DNA of 64,000 bases from Catajapyx aquilonaris (GCA_000934665.2 JYFJ02002021.1:1-64000); one strand, 5' to 3'. Positions 12,519 through 26,244 are shown, counted from the first letter of the stretch. Numbers and translations: made by a program. Notes: generated from the sequence alone by a model not told the origin.

Positions 12519-13953
12519 TAATTGGAGGCAATGTTTACGATTGAGCGACATTTGCAGATAGGTTCAGACAACATTTCATTGTTTAACTGAGCAAGAACAC
12601 ACTCAACATACCAACTAACGAGAATGAAAATCACTTCTGAAATATACCGCATGAGGATCACACAATTGCTAATAGTTTCTGCAAAAAAACTACATAAACT
12701 TGCTAACAACGCGAACCCGAGTTAGCTGCCACCACAGAGAAACTTACAATGTCAAACTTTACCATTTTAATTACCCATAGCTAACCTGTAGCTAACATAT
12801 CAACTACTTCCCTTTTAATCCACAGCTGCGAACGTTCAGCCATAAACCCGCAATTTTCTTTATTTCATCCAAGGTCAAGGCACCACTTGTGTAAACACAA
12901 CAACGCCCTGAATAATAATCCCTAATCACTTTGTAGTGCCACACTGCATAATCCAAATAACTCTCGCACAACTTGTCACACCACCGCACGACTTTAAACT
13001 GCACAACTGCCTTAAAAACGTCAAAACACGTCGAAACTCAACACTGTGCGAAATAGCTGTGGGATTAAGTCACGTTTACATGTGAGCCATTTGATTAGTG
13101 ATTGATGACAATCTCTGCGTGAACGTAACACATTTTTACCCCATCGCTCGGCGATGACATCGTTTCAACATTGCATGTAAATGTGGCTTTAAGGTGCGTA
13201 TACCTGCGAGTGATGTCATCGCCGAACGATAACAATGCTGAGTAGCCCGAGTAACCAGTATTGTTTGAGGTGAAAGTAACAATCGAGTTTCGCCTTAAAC
13301 ATACTCGGGTTACTCTGAGCTTGGCGATCAAATTGCTCACATGTACAAGCACCGTAGCTGATGAGTTACATGGTAGCAGTCGAACTTCTTGTGCAGCGAA
13401 CATAGGTATTGCATCGACCGTCTTCATTTCTTTCGCGTGTGCCTCGGGACGAAGTTGTACCACATATGTACGAGCGATTTGTACGGTCTGTTCATGCCAA
13501 TATTAGTCGTCGTTCGTTACTCTACCGTACTGATTCGCTTGGTTCGTCCGCATTGTACATACCCAGTCGGCATTCCCTGTACTTGACCCCAATAAACACT
13601 CACCTCCCAAGTCACCAAATGTCACCAAAATATTCGCCCACCACTAGTCCTAGCTTCTCAACTTTTTTCAATCCAATCTTTTTCCAATACTTTTTTTTTT
13701 TAAGTTCCTTTTTTTTTCTTCTTCTCCCACCGAACTGATTCCAACCTTCCCTTTTTGCCCCCTTATCTTGTGTTCCTATAATAGACGGTTGTGACGTTCG
13801 GATCATAAACACCGGAGTACTATATAAAGGAAGGTGGGGTGGGGTGGGGAGTGCTTATTTGTGGGGGGAGGGTGGGTCATAGGTCAAGAGTGGGGGTCAC
13901 TGAATGTAATTAGGGTTTTAATAATTAGTGATTTAAAAAAAAAAATTGCTTAC

Positions 13954-14060
13954 CATCCGGATAAAGCTCATTAGTCCCCGTTCGAAGCACTTTCAATTGT
14001 TTCTTGTGGGGCACTAACATGGTTCGGGCGTTAGTGGACAGGTGGCAGCACTCTAACAAA
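13954..14060 (-). other. Probable upstream first exon of DNAJC14, carrying a uORF start
   Basis: Strong donor ATG|GTAAGC at 13954/13953, close to the divergent promoter shared with CHERP. The matching acceptor TTAACAG is at 10364. The exon's 5' limit is approximate. Confidence 0.55.
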
Positions 14061-14616
14061 GAAAGATGGGGGGGGAGAAATATCTCACACGAATAATTAA
14101 CAAAAATAACTGCACTTTAAATCGTCACATAATTAATAACATTTAACTTATTAATAACGCATTCTACGGTGCTACACTGTGGCCACATTGCGCATTTTGG
14201 CAACACTGTTCCGTTTTGAGGGCGACTCCAACATGGCGGACTTTTAGTTCATCGTAGCGTCGCCGGTCGTTCGATATTTTTTATTGTTCTTCTATAGTAA
14301 ATACACATACACTTTAACTAGTTAATTTTTTGTTAATTGGCATTAATTGGGTGTTGCCCGCCACCTCCAAAAAAAAAAGTGATCATCCCTGCAGCCTCTT
14401 TGAGTGATCTTGCTGCAACGGATGGAATAGAACGGCCATGACTAGTTCAAGGGGTAAAAAATAATCGAGTCTGTAGAGAACATTTTTTTGGGGAAGGTTA
14501 TAGCCTATGGGAGATGACTTGAATTCCAAAAATATGTTCTAGTTGGGGTGTTGGGGAAAAGATTTTTAATAATTTTTGTTTTTTGCATCGTCGCAGATCC
14601 CAGGGCTCGAGGAGGG

Positions 14617-17600
14617 ATGGACCTGCAGCCCCAACCTCCTTCAGGTAATTAGAATTCATTAATTACTTAGTAATAAAGGGAGACAGTCAAATGCAAGAAC
14701 CAAATACCATCTACAGGAAATACCTGTTTTACGTCACTTCATTTCACAATACCGCCAGTTTGAAAAATACATTTTGAGACATTCAAATATATCGCAATGT
14801 AAACGTAAACACACTGCAGTAGAGGCGCTTAGTTTGTTTTTCGTGGCACCTTGGTATGTCGATATGTACCCAGTAGGGTATTGTTGGTCTCGCCACTCCC
14901 CGAAGTAACCGTTGTTAAATGCACAACATGTACTGCAGTTATTCCTGTAGAAGGGAAAGGAGTCCTCAAAACAGGACACTCAACCTGTAACCTCTCATTA
15001 AACGTGTGCATTGAATGTTTTAAATATTCTGCATTAAAAACAGTAATTTTAGTGCTGTCTCTGGGAAATTTACAGAAATTTTGGGACTTATATCTCATTT
15101 ACTTACATTATAATTTTGTCGTGTTTTATGCTGATTAAAGCTGCATTTACATGTGAGTGATTTGACAAGCGAAGTCTTCGCCAAGGGTAACATCGAGACG
15201 AAAATCGATTGTTACTTTCACCTCAAACAATACTGGTTACTCGGGATACTCAGGGATGTTTACCGCTCGACAAAGAGTTCGCTTGACTCAAATCGCTCAC
15301 ACGTAAACGTGGCTTCACTTTACGCCGCGTTTTGCTGGAAACAATTACAGGCGTAAAACTGGTACTTCCTGTATTGCATTTTGTTTGAATTTGATGTATT
15401 AAAAAATATGTGAAAAAATGACTGATAACACTTCTTGCAAAAACCATATCTGAAGGTTGGGGAACTAGCTGTAGTTGCTATACCTACTCACAAACTTATT
15501 TAGCCGATCCGCTAAGGATACATTATTAGTCACGATAAGATTACATAATTGCACTTTCATAGAGCAAGAACTGCACAACATAATTGACAAGCTGGCGCAG
15601 TTTGTGGCTCGCAATGGACCTGAATTTGAGCAAATGACCAAAAACAAGCAGAAGGACAATCCCAAGTTCCAGTTTCTCTATGGAGGGGAATATTTCAACT
15701 ACTACCAGTACAGAGTCACCACAGAACAAGCTAGTGAGTAAAAAAAAAAAAAACTTTTACTCTTTTAAAAAATAACAATCCTGATTGGAGCTTGACTCTC
15801 GACTGATTATTCTCTAGTAATTTAAAGCCTGTCGTTACTTGCATGAAGCAGCCTTGTAAATGCAGTGAAATCTATGGGTTGGGTAGCCATTCCTTTCGAG
15901 AGAAAATTTCCTGAATAGGTATCCATTGTATGCAGCAGAAACGCATTGCAAAGTAACCAAACCAACGTTTCAGAGAGGATTCTGCTACATCCAGGGCTTA
16001 TTTTAGACAGGTTTCACTGTGTTGAAAGGCAGTGCAAGTACCGATTGCTTTTAATAGTAGTAGGTTAAACACAATCTGAATTTGTGGGTTAGTCAGGGAA
16101 ACATGAAAAATAGCAAGTAATTGTGCGTAGGTCCAATTAACACTTTCTCTTCATGCTGATGCGAGCCATCTCCAGCGCTGAAACAATACTTAGATTGGCT
16201 TCTTTTACTATCCCAGTCCAAAAGCAGATAGATGCCCGCAAAGCAGCTGCGGCTGAACAGCAATCCCTTCAGCAACAGCAGCAACAGCAATCCCAGCCAC
16301 CTGTGTCCCTTCCTCCCCACCCTATGCCCTTGTCAATGCAGCTTCAAAATGCCATGCATCCTGCTCATCCTCCGCCCCCACATGCGCACCACCAGCCCCC
16401 ACCCCGCCACCAGCAGCCACCTCCGCACCAGCAGCCACCTCTGCACCAGCAGCCGCCTCTGCACCAGCAGCTGCCTCCGCACCAGCAGCCTCCTCTGCAC
16501 CAGCAGCCTCCTCCGCATCAGCAGCCACCTCCGCACCAACAGCCACCTCCGCACCAACAGCCACCTCCGCACCAGCAACCTCCTCCGCACCAGCAACCTC
16601 CGCAACAACAGCAGCCACAACAGCAGGTGCAGCAGCCACCTCCCCCGCAACCGCCTCTGCAGCCATGGATGAACATTCAGCAGGTCAACTTGGACACCAT
16701 TTTGGTTCAGATCCAGCAACTGCAAGAACAGATTCACCAAAGTGAGCAAAATCTGGCCGCTCAGCATCAGGTGAGAAGATGTTCATTGGTATCAAGATTC
16801 TATCACAGCTGGGTTGCATTACATTGCCAGTTGCCAAAACTCGTAATGCTTGTATTCGTCAAGTCAACAGCGAAGCAAGTCTTCCAAGAATTTCCAGGTA
16901 ATTGGTCCCTTCTTGTGTTATTGTAGGTCCTGATGCAGCAACAACAGGTGCAAATAGAAGATGCTGTTCAGAAGGCGCAGGATGATAAGCTGCAACGAAT
17001 GGGAGATGAGACTGGGATCATCCTTTCAGAGATAGAGCAACTATTGCAGCCAATCATAGACTCTTGCACTAAGGATTCCATCTCGGCAGGGAAGGGATGG
17101 ATTTTTAGCCATGCCACTGCTCCGAGGAACAATCAACTCATTGCTAACTACCTATTGAAAAAGTAAATGGAGCATCGCACTTTCTAGATCAGACACGTTT
17201 GTTTATTCATATTGCACAGAAGCATGAGGCGATGAAGATGGTTATGTGGTTCTTAATCTTTTAATTTTTTTTGTCACAGGGTGATCGCAGTGGGGTCGAC
17301 ATTCATACAGAAGCTTCACCTGATTTACTTGGTGAATGATGTACTACACCACTGTGTACGCAAGAATGCAGAGGAGCTGAAGGGAGCGCTGGAGCAAGTG
17401 GTGGTGCCAATGTTCTGCAATGCGGCACTGGGGACTTCTGACGAGCAGCAGGGAAAGCTCAACAAGCTGCTCAACCTCTGGGAATCCAAGACCAACTACT
17501 TCGAGCCCATGATCATCCAGCAACTGAGGACACCACAGCAGTCATGGGCCGAGTACCAGAGTTCTCTAGTGGCTGAACACGCAGGAGTCATCGCTGGAGT

Positions 17601-20600
17601 AACAGCTGCCGTGCAGCAGGCTTACGAAGGATATCAGAATCAGCACCAGGCATTTGTGCAGCACATCACACAGCGGATACAGGTGTGTGGTACAGTTGCA
17701 TCCGCTACAAGGTTAGCTGTATTTTATTCCAACGTTGGATGTGTTTCTGTTTGTTGCAGCAACTTGAGCAGCAGAAAGCGCAGGCTCAGGTGCAGGTACA
17801 AGTCCAATCCCCGCTTCCTCCACCTCCTCAAACCTCTGGCCCTCCACCGTCCTACACTATGCAGTTCCAGCAGCCTCAGCAACAGCCGCAGCAGCAACCA
17901 CCTCCACCTCCATTTTCCCAGCAGCAACAGCCACCAATGCAGCAACAGTTTGGCCCACCTCCACAACAATTTCCTACCACAGGGCCTCCTCCAGGTAAAA
18001 TAATAGTAATAGTATTATTAAGCATATTATTATTATTATTATTATCAATGATAATAATAATAAGTCATTTATATTTTGTACCATTGCGTAATTTCAAAAC
18101 TTTGTTCCTCGTCAGTGTATGTGACAGACATGCAGGGTCCTCCTCCTCCGATGAGCCAGGCTCCTCCACCTTTCAATGCAAATCGAGGCCCTCCTCCTCC
18201 ACCACCCCTGCCTCCACTCCCAGAAGCCAACTTCAGCCAGCCTCCACCTGGATTCCCACCGCCAGGATTCCCTGCAGGTGCTACCTTCTTTCCTCTAAAG
18301 TATTGTTAATGCACCGGAATGGAGATCAGCACCTGAACTAGGGAATTTTGACTATTTTGACCTGGTTTTTGACTAAGCAATCCGCTATGGGCTAACATGG
18401 CTGTTAATGTCTCCAGGTCTGCCTCTTCCTGACCTGAGCAAGCCACCACCTGGCTTTGGACCCAGGGAACCCCCTGAACCTAAGATGGAGGATCTACTTC
18501 CGACTGTGCCGTATTATGAACTGCCAGCAGGTCTTATGGTGCCACTAATTAAGGTAATTTAACAACAGCAAATTTCACAGATATCATTTGAACACTGTCA
18601 AAATGACTTTTTTTTTTTTTTTTGTAATTGGTAGTAGTTAAGCTAATTATAACAATGCAGTCAATGAATAACTTGCTTCTTTCAGCTCGAAGATGGGGAA
18701 TACAAGCCACTGGAGGCGGATGACATTCGCCTCCCACCTCCTGCACCGCCAAGTGAAAGACTGCTTCGAGCAGTTGAAGCATTTTATGCGCCACCTTCCC
18801 ATGAGCGGCCACGGGACAGGTGTGACCCCAACAATGAACAACAGTATAAGCCAAATGAGGGTTCTAATTGGAAGGGGGGAATTGCTTTACGTAACGTAGT
18901 GAGCCATACTTTTGCAGTGGGCCTTCCCATTTCGTGTAGTATTAGAAGTAGAGGAGGGCTCAGTGTAATAATGGCATGGTGAATTGATGTCATCTGCAAT
19001 GATTCGATCAAAATTACAAGCATCATATGGAAATCTTAACAAGGAAGCTGTCGAAGTTTATATGTAATATTTTATAAAAGTATTTGCCCTGGACATTGAA
19101 ACTGGCCATGTGCCAATTTGTATTGAGGTACTTAAAAATGCACTAAATGATTTTTAAAGGATTTACTCTGCCATAACTCATACTTGAAGTACGTTTAAGA
19201 GAATGTGACGTTACGTCGGCTGCAGCATGTCAAATACATCGCAAGTTGATTTGTAGTTTCAGCAAATCTGTAAAGCATATTCACTCACCGTTTAAGCAAA
19301 TGACCTCAAATATCATCACATTGCACTGATTTATATCTTGGGCATTATATGGGGCCAAATGGAGTTATTGCTCACCTTTGTGTTTGTATTTCCCAATCAG
19401 CGAAGGTTGGGAGCGCCTGGGTCTCTATGAGTATTACAAGGCAAAGAATTCAGCGCGCAAGAGGAAAGAAGATGATATTAGGGATGGAAGGAGGGAGCGT
19501 TCCAAGTCACCTTCACCCATATACAGGATGAGAAGAAGGTCAAGGAGCCATACGCCTCAGGCGAGGAAACGATACCAGAGGTCAGTTAATAATTGAAATG
19601 TGGCACCAAGTTAGAAATTGAACAAAATTAATTGCTTTGCAGCAAATCTCCAAGTCCCCAGTCCATCCGAGCACGATCTCCCCACACCCCAAGATCCGAA
19701 TCAGACTCAGATTCCCAGTCAGGGTCCCCACCTGGAAGTCCAGTGGGAAGGGGCGAAGGCAGCAGCGTCACCAGTGGACGGTCGGCAAACAGGGAGAGAA
19801 ATAAGTCTCCATCCAGGTCACGCTCAAGATCTGGGTCACCACATTCTGGATCAGGTTCCCCTCGATCGAGGTCCAGGTCAAGATCTGGGTCACCACCTTC
19901 CTACTCTTTGCCTGCGCATCTCAGACAACGCAGCCCTGAACGAAGTCCAACTCCACCTTCCTTCTTGTGAGTTATGTTTGTGAATGTCGACCCAGACAAT
20001 ACTTTCTCTCTAGAGAAATGTATGAGGACTTGACTGATGGATCCTTACTTGTATGATTCCAGTGGAGGGAGTTATGGAAAGCCTGTGGATCACCGTTTGG
20101 ATGAATCAAACAAGGGCCACCAGATGCTACGTAAGATGGGTTGGGGAGGAGCAGGTCTCGGGGCCAAAGAACAAGGGATTGAAGAACCCATCCCTGGAGG
20201 AGAGGTAAGATCTCCTTTTATGTATGGAACTTGATGTGTCGTCAGATTGATGCCTTTGATAAGAATTGTATGTAAAATATATTGATATCAGGAAGTCCTC
20301 ATTATTTGAAATACATTGAAACCTGCCCTGGATGTATCAGAAACTTATTTAATATTGTCAATTGCTGCTTGGTCCCAGCAGATGAATGTCAGTGTATTTA
20401 GGTAACGTCTAGTTGAAACCTGTCATGTAGTGAGCGGAGTGATTCCTCTTGGCACAGATTTTAGTGGTTATATTCTCAAGTGTCAACATGCATAATGAGA
20501 ATATCAAGATCATTGGTTGGATTTAAATTTTTCATTGATTGCCTTAGGTAGGGTGTGGGTTCTCGATATTTTGAGTCTGCAAACCCTTTTTTATTAGTCG

Positions 20601-21959
20601 TTCATGATTCTTGGAGATTCAGAGTAGAATGTAGCAGTTAACAAAAACTGACTAAAACTGAAGCAAACTGAACAAAAAGTGAAGGAACTGCGATCCAAAA
20701 ACAGGAATGCACATTCCTTTCCCTTTGCTTCTATAAAGTGATGTGAACAATTATAATTTTGTAGTAAGTTACTTCCAAGGTAGAATGTAGACACCCAGAG
20801 AGATGGCGACTTTGTGATACTGTAATTACAGTATTGGACAGGCATATAAGACGCACTTTACCCCCACAAAAATTGCTCATAAGATTGCCCTGCGTCTTGT
20901 ATGCGAAAATACTCGAAGGACTTTTTTTCCATGAATATGATCTGCTGAAATGGGGGTGCGTCTTATATCCCGTCAAATACGGTATGTTCTGTAATGACTC
21001 AGACGGAAACCACAGAAGAGGATGTCCATTCCTCTGTGTCTGATAGCACCAGTGTTTCATTCAGGTTCTAGGTTCTGTTTTATCAAACCCCCACAGTGGC
21101 TGGCTATGACGGAAATCCTCAACCATTGCACATGCGATGAGCTGATAGTTGGATAGTCATGTTCTAGAAAACTCCAAAACATGCACATTAGTTTTATCTA
21201 AAAGTATTATGCTTCCTATGTACAGAGGGAGAAAAAACATTTGAGCTGTAGTAGCTACACAAGTTGATTGGTATTTAGCCTATTTTATAGAATCTGGTAT
21301 TATTAGGGCCATCCACACACAGCCTGTGATCCAAGATTGACATAATTATGACAACTTTTCCTATGGAATAGTAACTGCCAGCTGTAGTTTTAGTGAAAGA
21401 TTTTCCCACAACAATGCATGGTTTCTGTGTGGAAAATTTCCTTGTTATTATCATGTGACAAAGATTGGAAATACCGGGAAATGCATAATTTCGCTTCTGA
21501 TTTTTTGTCCCTTGCTCAAGCAAGCCCCACAACTAAATTGTGTCGACCGTGACCTCCGGATTTAACCATATAGGGCTTCCTCCTCTACGTAGACAGGTTG
21601 TGCTATATCGGACTAAAATGTCATGGGAAATCCATTCTTGCTACTGGGAACCCACAATTTATTTATTTTTCGCTCAAGACAAGTTTCTGTTAAATCCAGA
21701 TTGTCAGGACGGCATAATGAGGACTGCCTGTTTAGCGTTACATTGCCACCAAAGAACTGGATGTCCCAACAGAACAAGGACTCAAGTCTCAGTAAATTCT
21801 GAACCAAAGTTCACATCGTTGCATTTACAGCTTCGAGACCGAGTGGACCAGTATAAAGGAGTTGGGATCAACTTGAATGATCCTTATGAAAGCTTCCGGA
21901 AGAGTAAAGGGCAAGCCTTCATCAATCGAATGAAGGCCAGAGCTGAAGACAGACTGTAA
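14617..21959 (+). CDS. CHERP: Calcium homeostasis ER protein (SURP, CID, RS-rich and G-patch splicing factor)
   Basis: Exons 14617-14644, 15563-15733, 16217-16770, 16927-17162, 17280-17682, 17760-17994, 18128-18277, 18417-18553, 18686-18819, 19401-19580, 19643-19966, 20063-20204, 21831-21959. SURP IIDKLAQFVARNGPEFE; CID KLHLIYLVNDVLHH; PYYELPAGLM; EGWERLGLYEYY; RS region; G-patch NKGHQMLRKMGWGGAGLG; DPYESFRKSKG. Confidence 0.95.
15863..16019. mobile_element. Degenerate MITE in CHERP intron 2
   Basis: CAGTGAAATCT at 15863 versus AGGTTTCACTG ending at 16019; the TIR is short and imperfect. Confidence 0.45.
16387..16610 (+). repeat. Coding 18-bp tandem repeat encoding (PPHQQP)n in CHERP exon 3
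   Basis: About 11 copies of CCGCACCAGCAGCCACCT-like units, visible in the ORF as HQQPPP/HQQPPL repeats. Confidence 0.9.
20829..20982. mobile_element. Tc1/mariner-type MITE with TA target duplication in the last CHERP intron
   Basis: TA-CAGTATTGGACAGGCATATAAGACGCAC ... GTGCGTCTTATATCCCGTCAAATACGG-TA: ~26-bp imperfect TIRs flanked by TA on both sides. Confidence 0.8.
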
Positions 21960-22294
21960 AAAAAAAACATAAAATGTATGCTTCAAAATAATAATAATAA
22001 TAAAAACATTAGCCGATCATTTCCATCATATCCTTGCATTGCAGTTATTGACATCCAGCCTTTTCCTGATTTTCAGTCGTGTCAATAAATGAATTATTGC
22101 CATTTCTTTTTCCTACCAGGCATTCACTACATTGTTGCAATTTTGAAATCATCATTTGCTAATTTGATCAATAATAAAGTGTATAATACTGAACAGCCAT
22201 CATGCTGATCATGTGCATTTAAATAAATTTAAAAAAATCCAGTGTGCCGTGTCAAGCATAGCTGCCAGACTTTCCACACATGGCACGTATGGCA

Positions 22295-22725
22295 CACGTG
22301 CAACTAGGCAACATGGTCACGTGTAACATCGCCTGTTCCCTTCTGACTCACATTTTCTCATACCAAACTACCCCAACAGCAACTCGTGCCAGTAAAAGCG
22401 TGAAAGGGTGTGCAAAAACCTTTTTTGAAAGAAGAAAAAAAAAAAAAATATCGCCTGATATGTAACAAACGAGACATTTCCTTGGCATCCATCCAATTTC
22501 CCTCCCCTAGTTATTTATTTATTATTTTTTTTGCTCCCCTCCAACACATGCTCACACGAGGATATATAATTTTTTTTTCTTGTGTGTGTGCCATACATGT
22601 GTGTGTGTATCTTGATCCCCCTGGTTAAGCTCCGCCTATTGGAGGTCATTCCTTATGTCGCGTGACTCTGTGGGTTGGTAGAGAGGGTGAGGGAGGGGGT
22701 AGGTTTCATTTTGCATCGGCACGTG
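22295..22725 (+). promoter_or_regulatory. E-box cluster upstream of clockwork orange
   Basis: CACGTG at 22295, 22318 and 22720, and at 23762 in intron 1. N-box/class-C-like CACGAG and CACGCG occur on the minus strand near 22383, 22659 and 22809. Inr-like TCAGT at 22792. Confidence 0.7.
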
Positions 22726-22951
22726 ATGAGTGTGTGTGAGTGCGTATATGTGTGGGACGAAGCTTGAAGAGAGAGAGAGTCATAAGCTTGTTCAGTACAT
22801 TCTTAGGTCTCGTGCACATCACACAGTTGTAAATTTGGGAGTTTTGTTTTTGTTGGGGGGGAAAAACTAAAATTTTATTTTCGCGGGTTGTTCACCCTTT
22901 AGTATATTTCTTTAAAAAGGGGGTTTGTATGTTTATGAAAAGTGAAGAAAA

Positions 22952-25473
22952 ATGGAGCAGTTTTGGGATGAACATTCGGGACATGGATTTTCATACGATA
23001 GGTAAGTTTGTAATGCCTCAGTACTGTACATTCACAAAACTCAATTTGCGTCAATGAATTGCAATTGCTCAATCACTGCACAGATTTGCAATAATAAACA
23101 GTAGCTTTCCATTATCAACAAAATTACATGAAAATATGTAGATGCTTATTATTAATATTATCATTATATGCAATTGCTCAACGAATGCAGATTTGCAATT
23201 AACAAAATATGTAGCTTTCCACTATTAACAAATTCAGAAAATATCGAGATGCTTATTATCATATACACTAATTAAATAGCTTTCCATACGGTACAAATGT
23301 GCAAAAATAAATGCCATGTACGTATACCCCCTCCCCCCCCCCCCAAAAAAAAACTTGCATGCTCTGCCGTAGTTCCCATTGACGTAATAGCGATAAATTA
23401 TACCCAAGGCAAAAAAAAACCACAACACAAATCGCGAGGATCTCTATAAAAGTTGCGCAAAAAAATTTCGCACACCTTGTGCAACCTAAGCTGTTTTGCG
23501 TCAGCAGCTCGACCTGGACCAGATGAGGAAGAAGCATTGTCCTAATCTGCATTCTAGACGTGATTAAATTAATTCAAAAAAAAATAATAACAAAAAAAAT
23601 AGTCTGGCCTTGGCATCTGTTTCACGTTCCCGGATTTCAGAACTACCCACCTCAAAAAATGAGGGTATGAAGGCAAAAAAAAAAAAATACATGATATCGA
23701 ATTATCATACATCCACTTGTCACACATACGCGAAGGGGTGGAGAAAAAAAAGGGTAGGAAACACGTGTGAAGAGTTGAAGGTCTTTTACCCCAGCCGCCC
23801 ACGTATCTCAGTGACTACATTATCAGGAGCCATGTGCACTATTGAACTTCCTCATTCAGCACATGACACATTTTCTTGAAGAAAAAAAAAATTACTGAAC
23901 TTATTTTTTTAAATATTATTATTTCAGGAGCTTGAATTTCTCAGCAGCTGGATCCAATGATGAAGATGAATATGGAATGCCCAAGAAGAAAGCAACCAGG
24001 GTAAAAAATAAAGTCATGAAACCATTGCAGAGCCACTATAAACTATTATGGACGGATTATGGAAAATTAATGATGTAATTTTGCAGGATCCGTTGTCCCA
24101 TCGGATTATTGAGAAGCGTAGGCGTGATCGGATGAACAATTGCTTGGCAGACTTGTCCCGTCTGATTCCATCCAGTTACCTGATCAAGGGCAGAAGAATT
24201 GAGAAGACTGAGATAATCGAGATGGCCATTAAGCATCTGAGACACTTGCAAGCACATGCCTGCAAAGATTCAGGTTGGCTTTTTTATGGACTCACAGTTT
24301 AGTTGTTGGATTTTGAATGCAACGGTATACTTTATTAAAATATGACATCCACATTATGCAATTTGATATCTGAAAATTATTGATATGTGGCTTAATTTTT
24401 GGCAGAGAAGTGTGAAATAGCCCATGAGATTGAATCTGGCGGTTCAAGTTCCACCGAACAGTTCCAGCTGGGCTACCAGGAGTGTATGTCCGAGGCCATG
24501 AGGTTTATGGTGGAGGTTGAGGGTCACTTCTCAGGCGATCCCTTGTGTATCCGGCTTGCGACTCACCTACAGAGACACAGGGATAAAGTCATGCAAGGTA
24601 AAACTTGATTCAAAGCAATTTATGTACAGTAGGATTTATTCTGAAGTTGTGCCAAAAATTGATAATTTTTTTGCAGCAGGTAGATTAAGCTTTCCTCGCA
24701 GTCAGCAATGCTCAAATGATGCCAGTTCATCCAGCAATAGTTCGGATGCCAACCATACTCAGGCCACACCTAATCATGATGGTATGGAAAATGCTCAGTT
24801 TCATTGTAGTAGTAGTATGATTCTGATAATTAATTGGCATCTGGCATTTCCAGTAAGTAAACCAGTGCCAGCGATGGACTACATAACAGTGAAAGAAGAG
24901 TGGAACCAGTCGGGCCACTCAGACAATGAGACACCTCAGCCCAACTCCCTCTCGATCGATGTCGACCATGGTGGTCTCTCGCCGAGGAGTGCTCCTGAAG
25001 TACCTTCAAGTCACCTTCGTCGCATGCTGCAGGTTGGCATGGGTCCCCGCAGTGCCTCGTGTGAAGACGTCACCAACGACAGCATGACCAACGGAAGTGA
25101 TAATGTCCCACGGATATTACTGACCAGTCCTCGTGAGTCACCGCCTCCATCGTACAAGTTCAAGAACAGCATAAAGCGGAGGTTCCAACAAGGGCAAGGG
25201 TCACCAACGACAACCCCATCATCCAAGCACACCACTCCTATATTTGCACTGCATCCTCAGGGAACGTACTACATACCAATGACATTAGACAGTGACATTT
25301 TGGCACCAGGCATGCCTAGCGATGAAAGTTGCTGCATGCCACCATTGCATCCAGTGACTATATCAGTTGCATGGTGTCACCAGGATGCTGCCAGTCCAAG
25401 TCACCAGTCGTTGACAACTTCCATCCAAGTGACAATACCAAATTGGGCAGCACCCCTTTTGGACCATAGGTGA
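22952..25473 (+). CDS. cwo: bHLH-Orange circadian repressor clockwork orange
   Basis: Exons 22952-23001, 23928-24000, 24087-24273, 24406-24597, 24680-24781, 24854-25473. b[31 protein letters not shown]...[15 protein letters not shown]; Orange [32 protein letters not shown] and [13 protein letters not shown] motifs typical of CWO; no WRPW. Confidence 0.93.
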
Positions 25474-26244
25474 CAGAGCTTTTAATGACACCTTTTTTTT
25501 CCATTATTTTTTTTGGTGCAATTGAACTTTCATGTGGGTCTTCATAGGAGGGAATAAAAGAAATGTGTTGCCATACATACATTTTACTTAATTCGGAAGG
25601 AAGACTTGCTGTGTATGTACACAAAAATTTTAAAATACCCTGAAAATTCCTACCAAAAATGGAAAAATAATTTCACCACAAAAAAAAATTCTGCGAACAT
25701 GAAACACAGCCACAGCGTGAGATGCTAGCAACATCATTATTTAGTGTACGCATGTGCTAATTCAGCACTAGGAGTGACCATATACATTAACCCATCCTGT
25801 TTACTATAAAATAAATCACAAAACATACCTACACTTGATAAACATATACAGGTTGGTTTTAAATCCCACTGAGGAGTTACTGAAGGTGCTTATATGAAAA
25901 TTCAGAACATGAACAGTGTTCACATAAACTCCATCACTTGTTCTGTGAAGATTGGCTGAATGATGAAGTCTGTAATTTCCTCTTGATAACGTTAACAGGA
26001 GGACAAAAATCCCACCCATTGTCTAAGACAGACATTAAACCTAATTTATCACCACCTCCATTCTTTTTTTGCAAATTCAGCTTTGCAATATTCCTAGCGT
26101 AATAAAAAGTAATACAAAGAATATGGAAACGCCTTCCCTAGTGCTGCATAACTTACAGTAAGGTACTCTATATGCATAAAAAATAGTGAAAAAACATGCT
26201 GACATATGCTCCACATCCATAGGACAATTACGTTGGATCATAAC

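Noticed and set aside
13095..13586. Several 65-122 aa ORFs and short inverted motifs in the DNAJC14 intron
   Set aside because: No recognisable domain or clear termini; probably decayed repeat sequence.
16322..16767. Minus-strand AEVAAG and RRLLV repeat ORFs
   Set aside because: Antisense readings of the CHERP Q/P coding repeat.
23060..23260. Diverged ~110-bp direct duplication in cwo intron 1
   Set aside because: AT-rich, two copies only, and no evidence of function.
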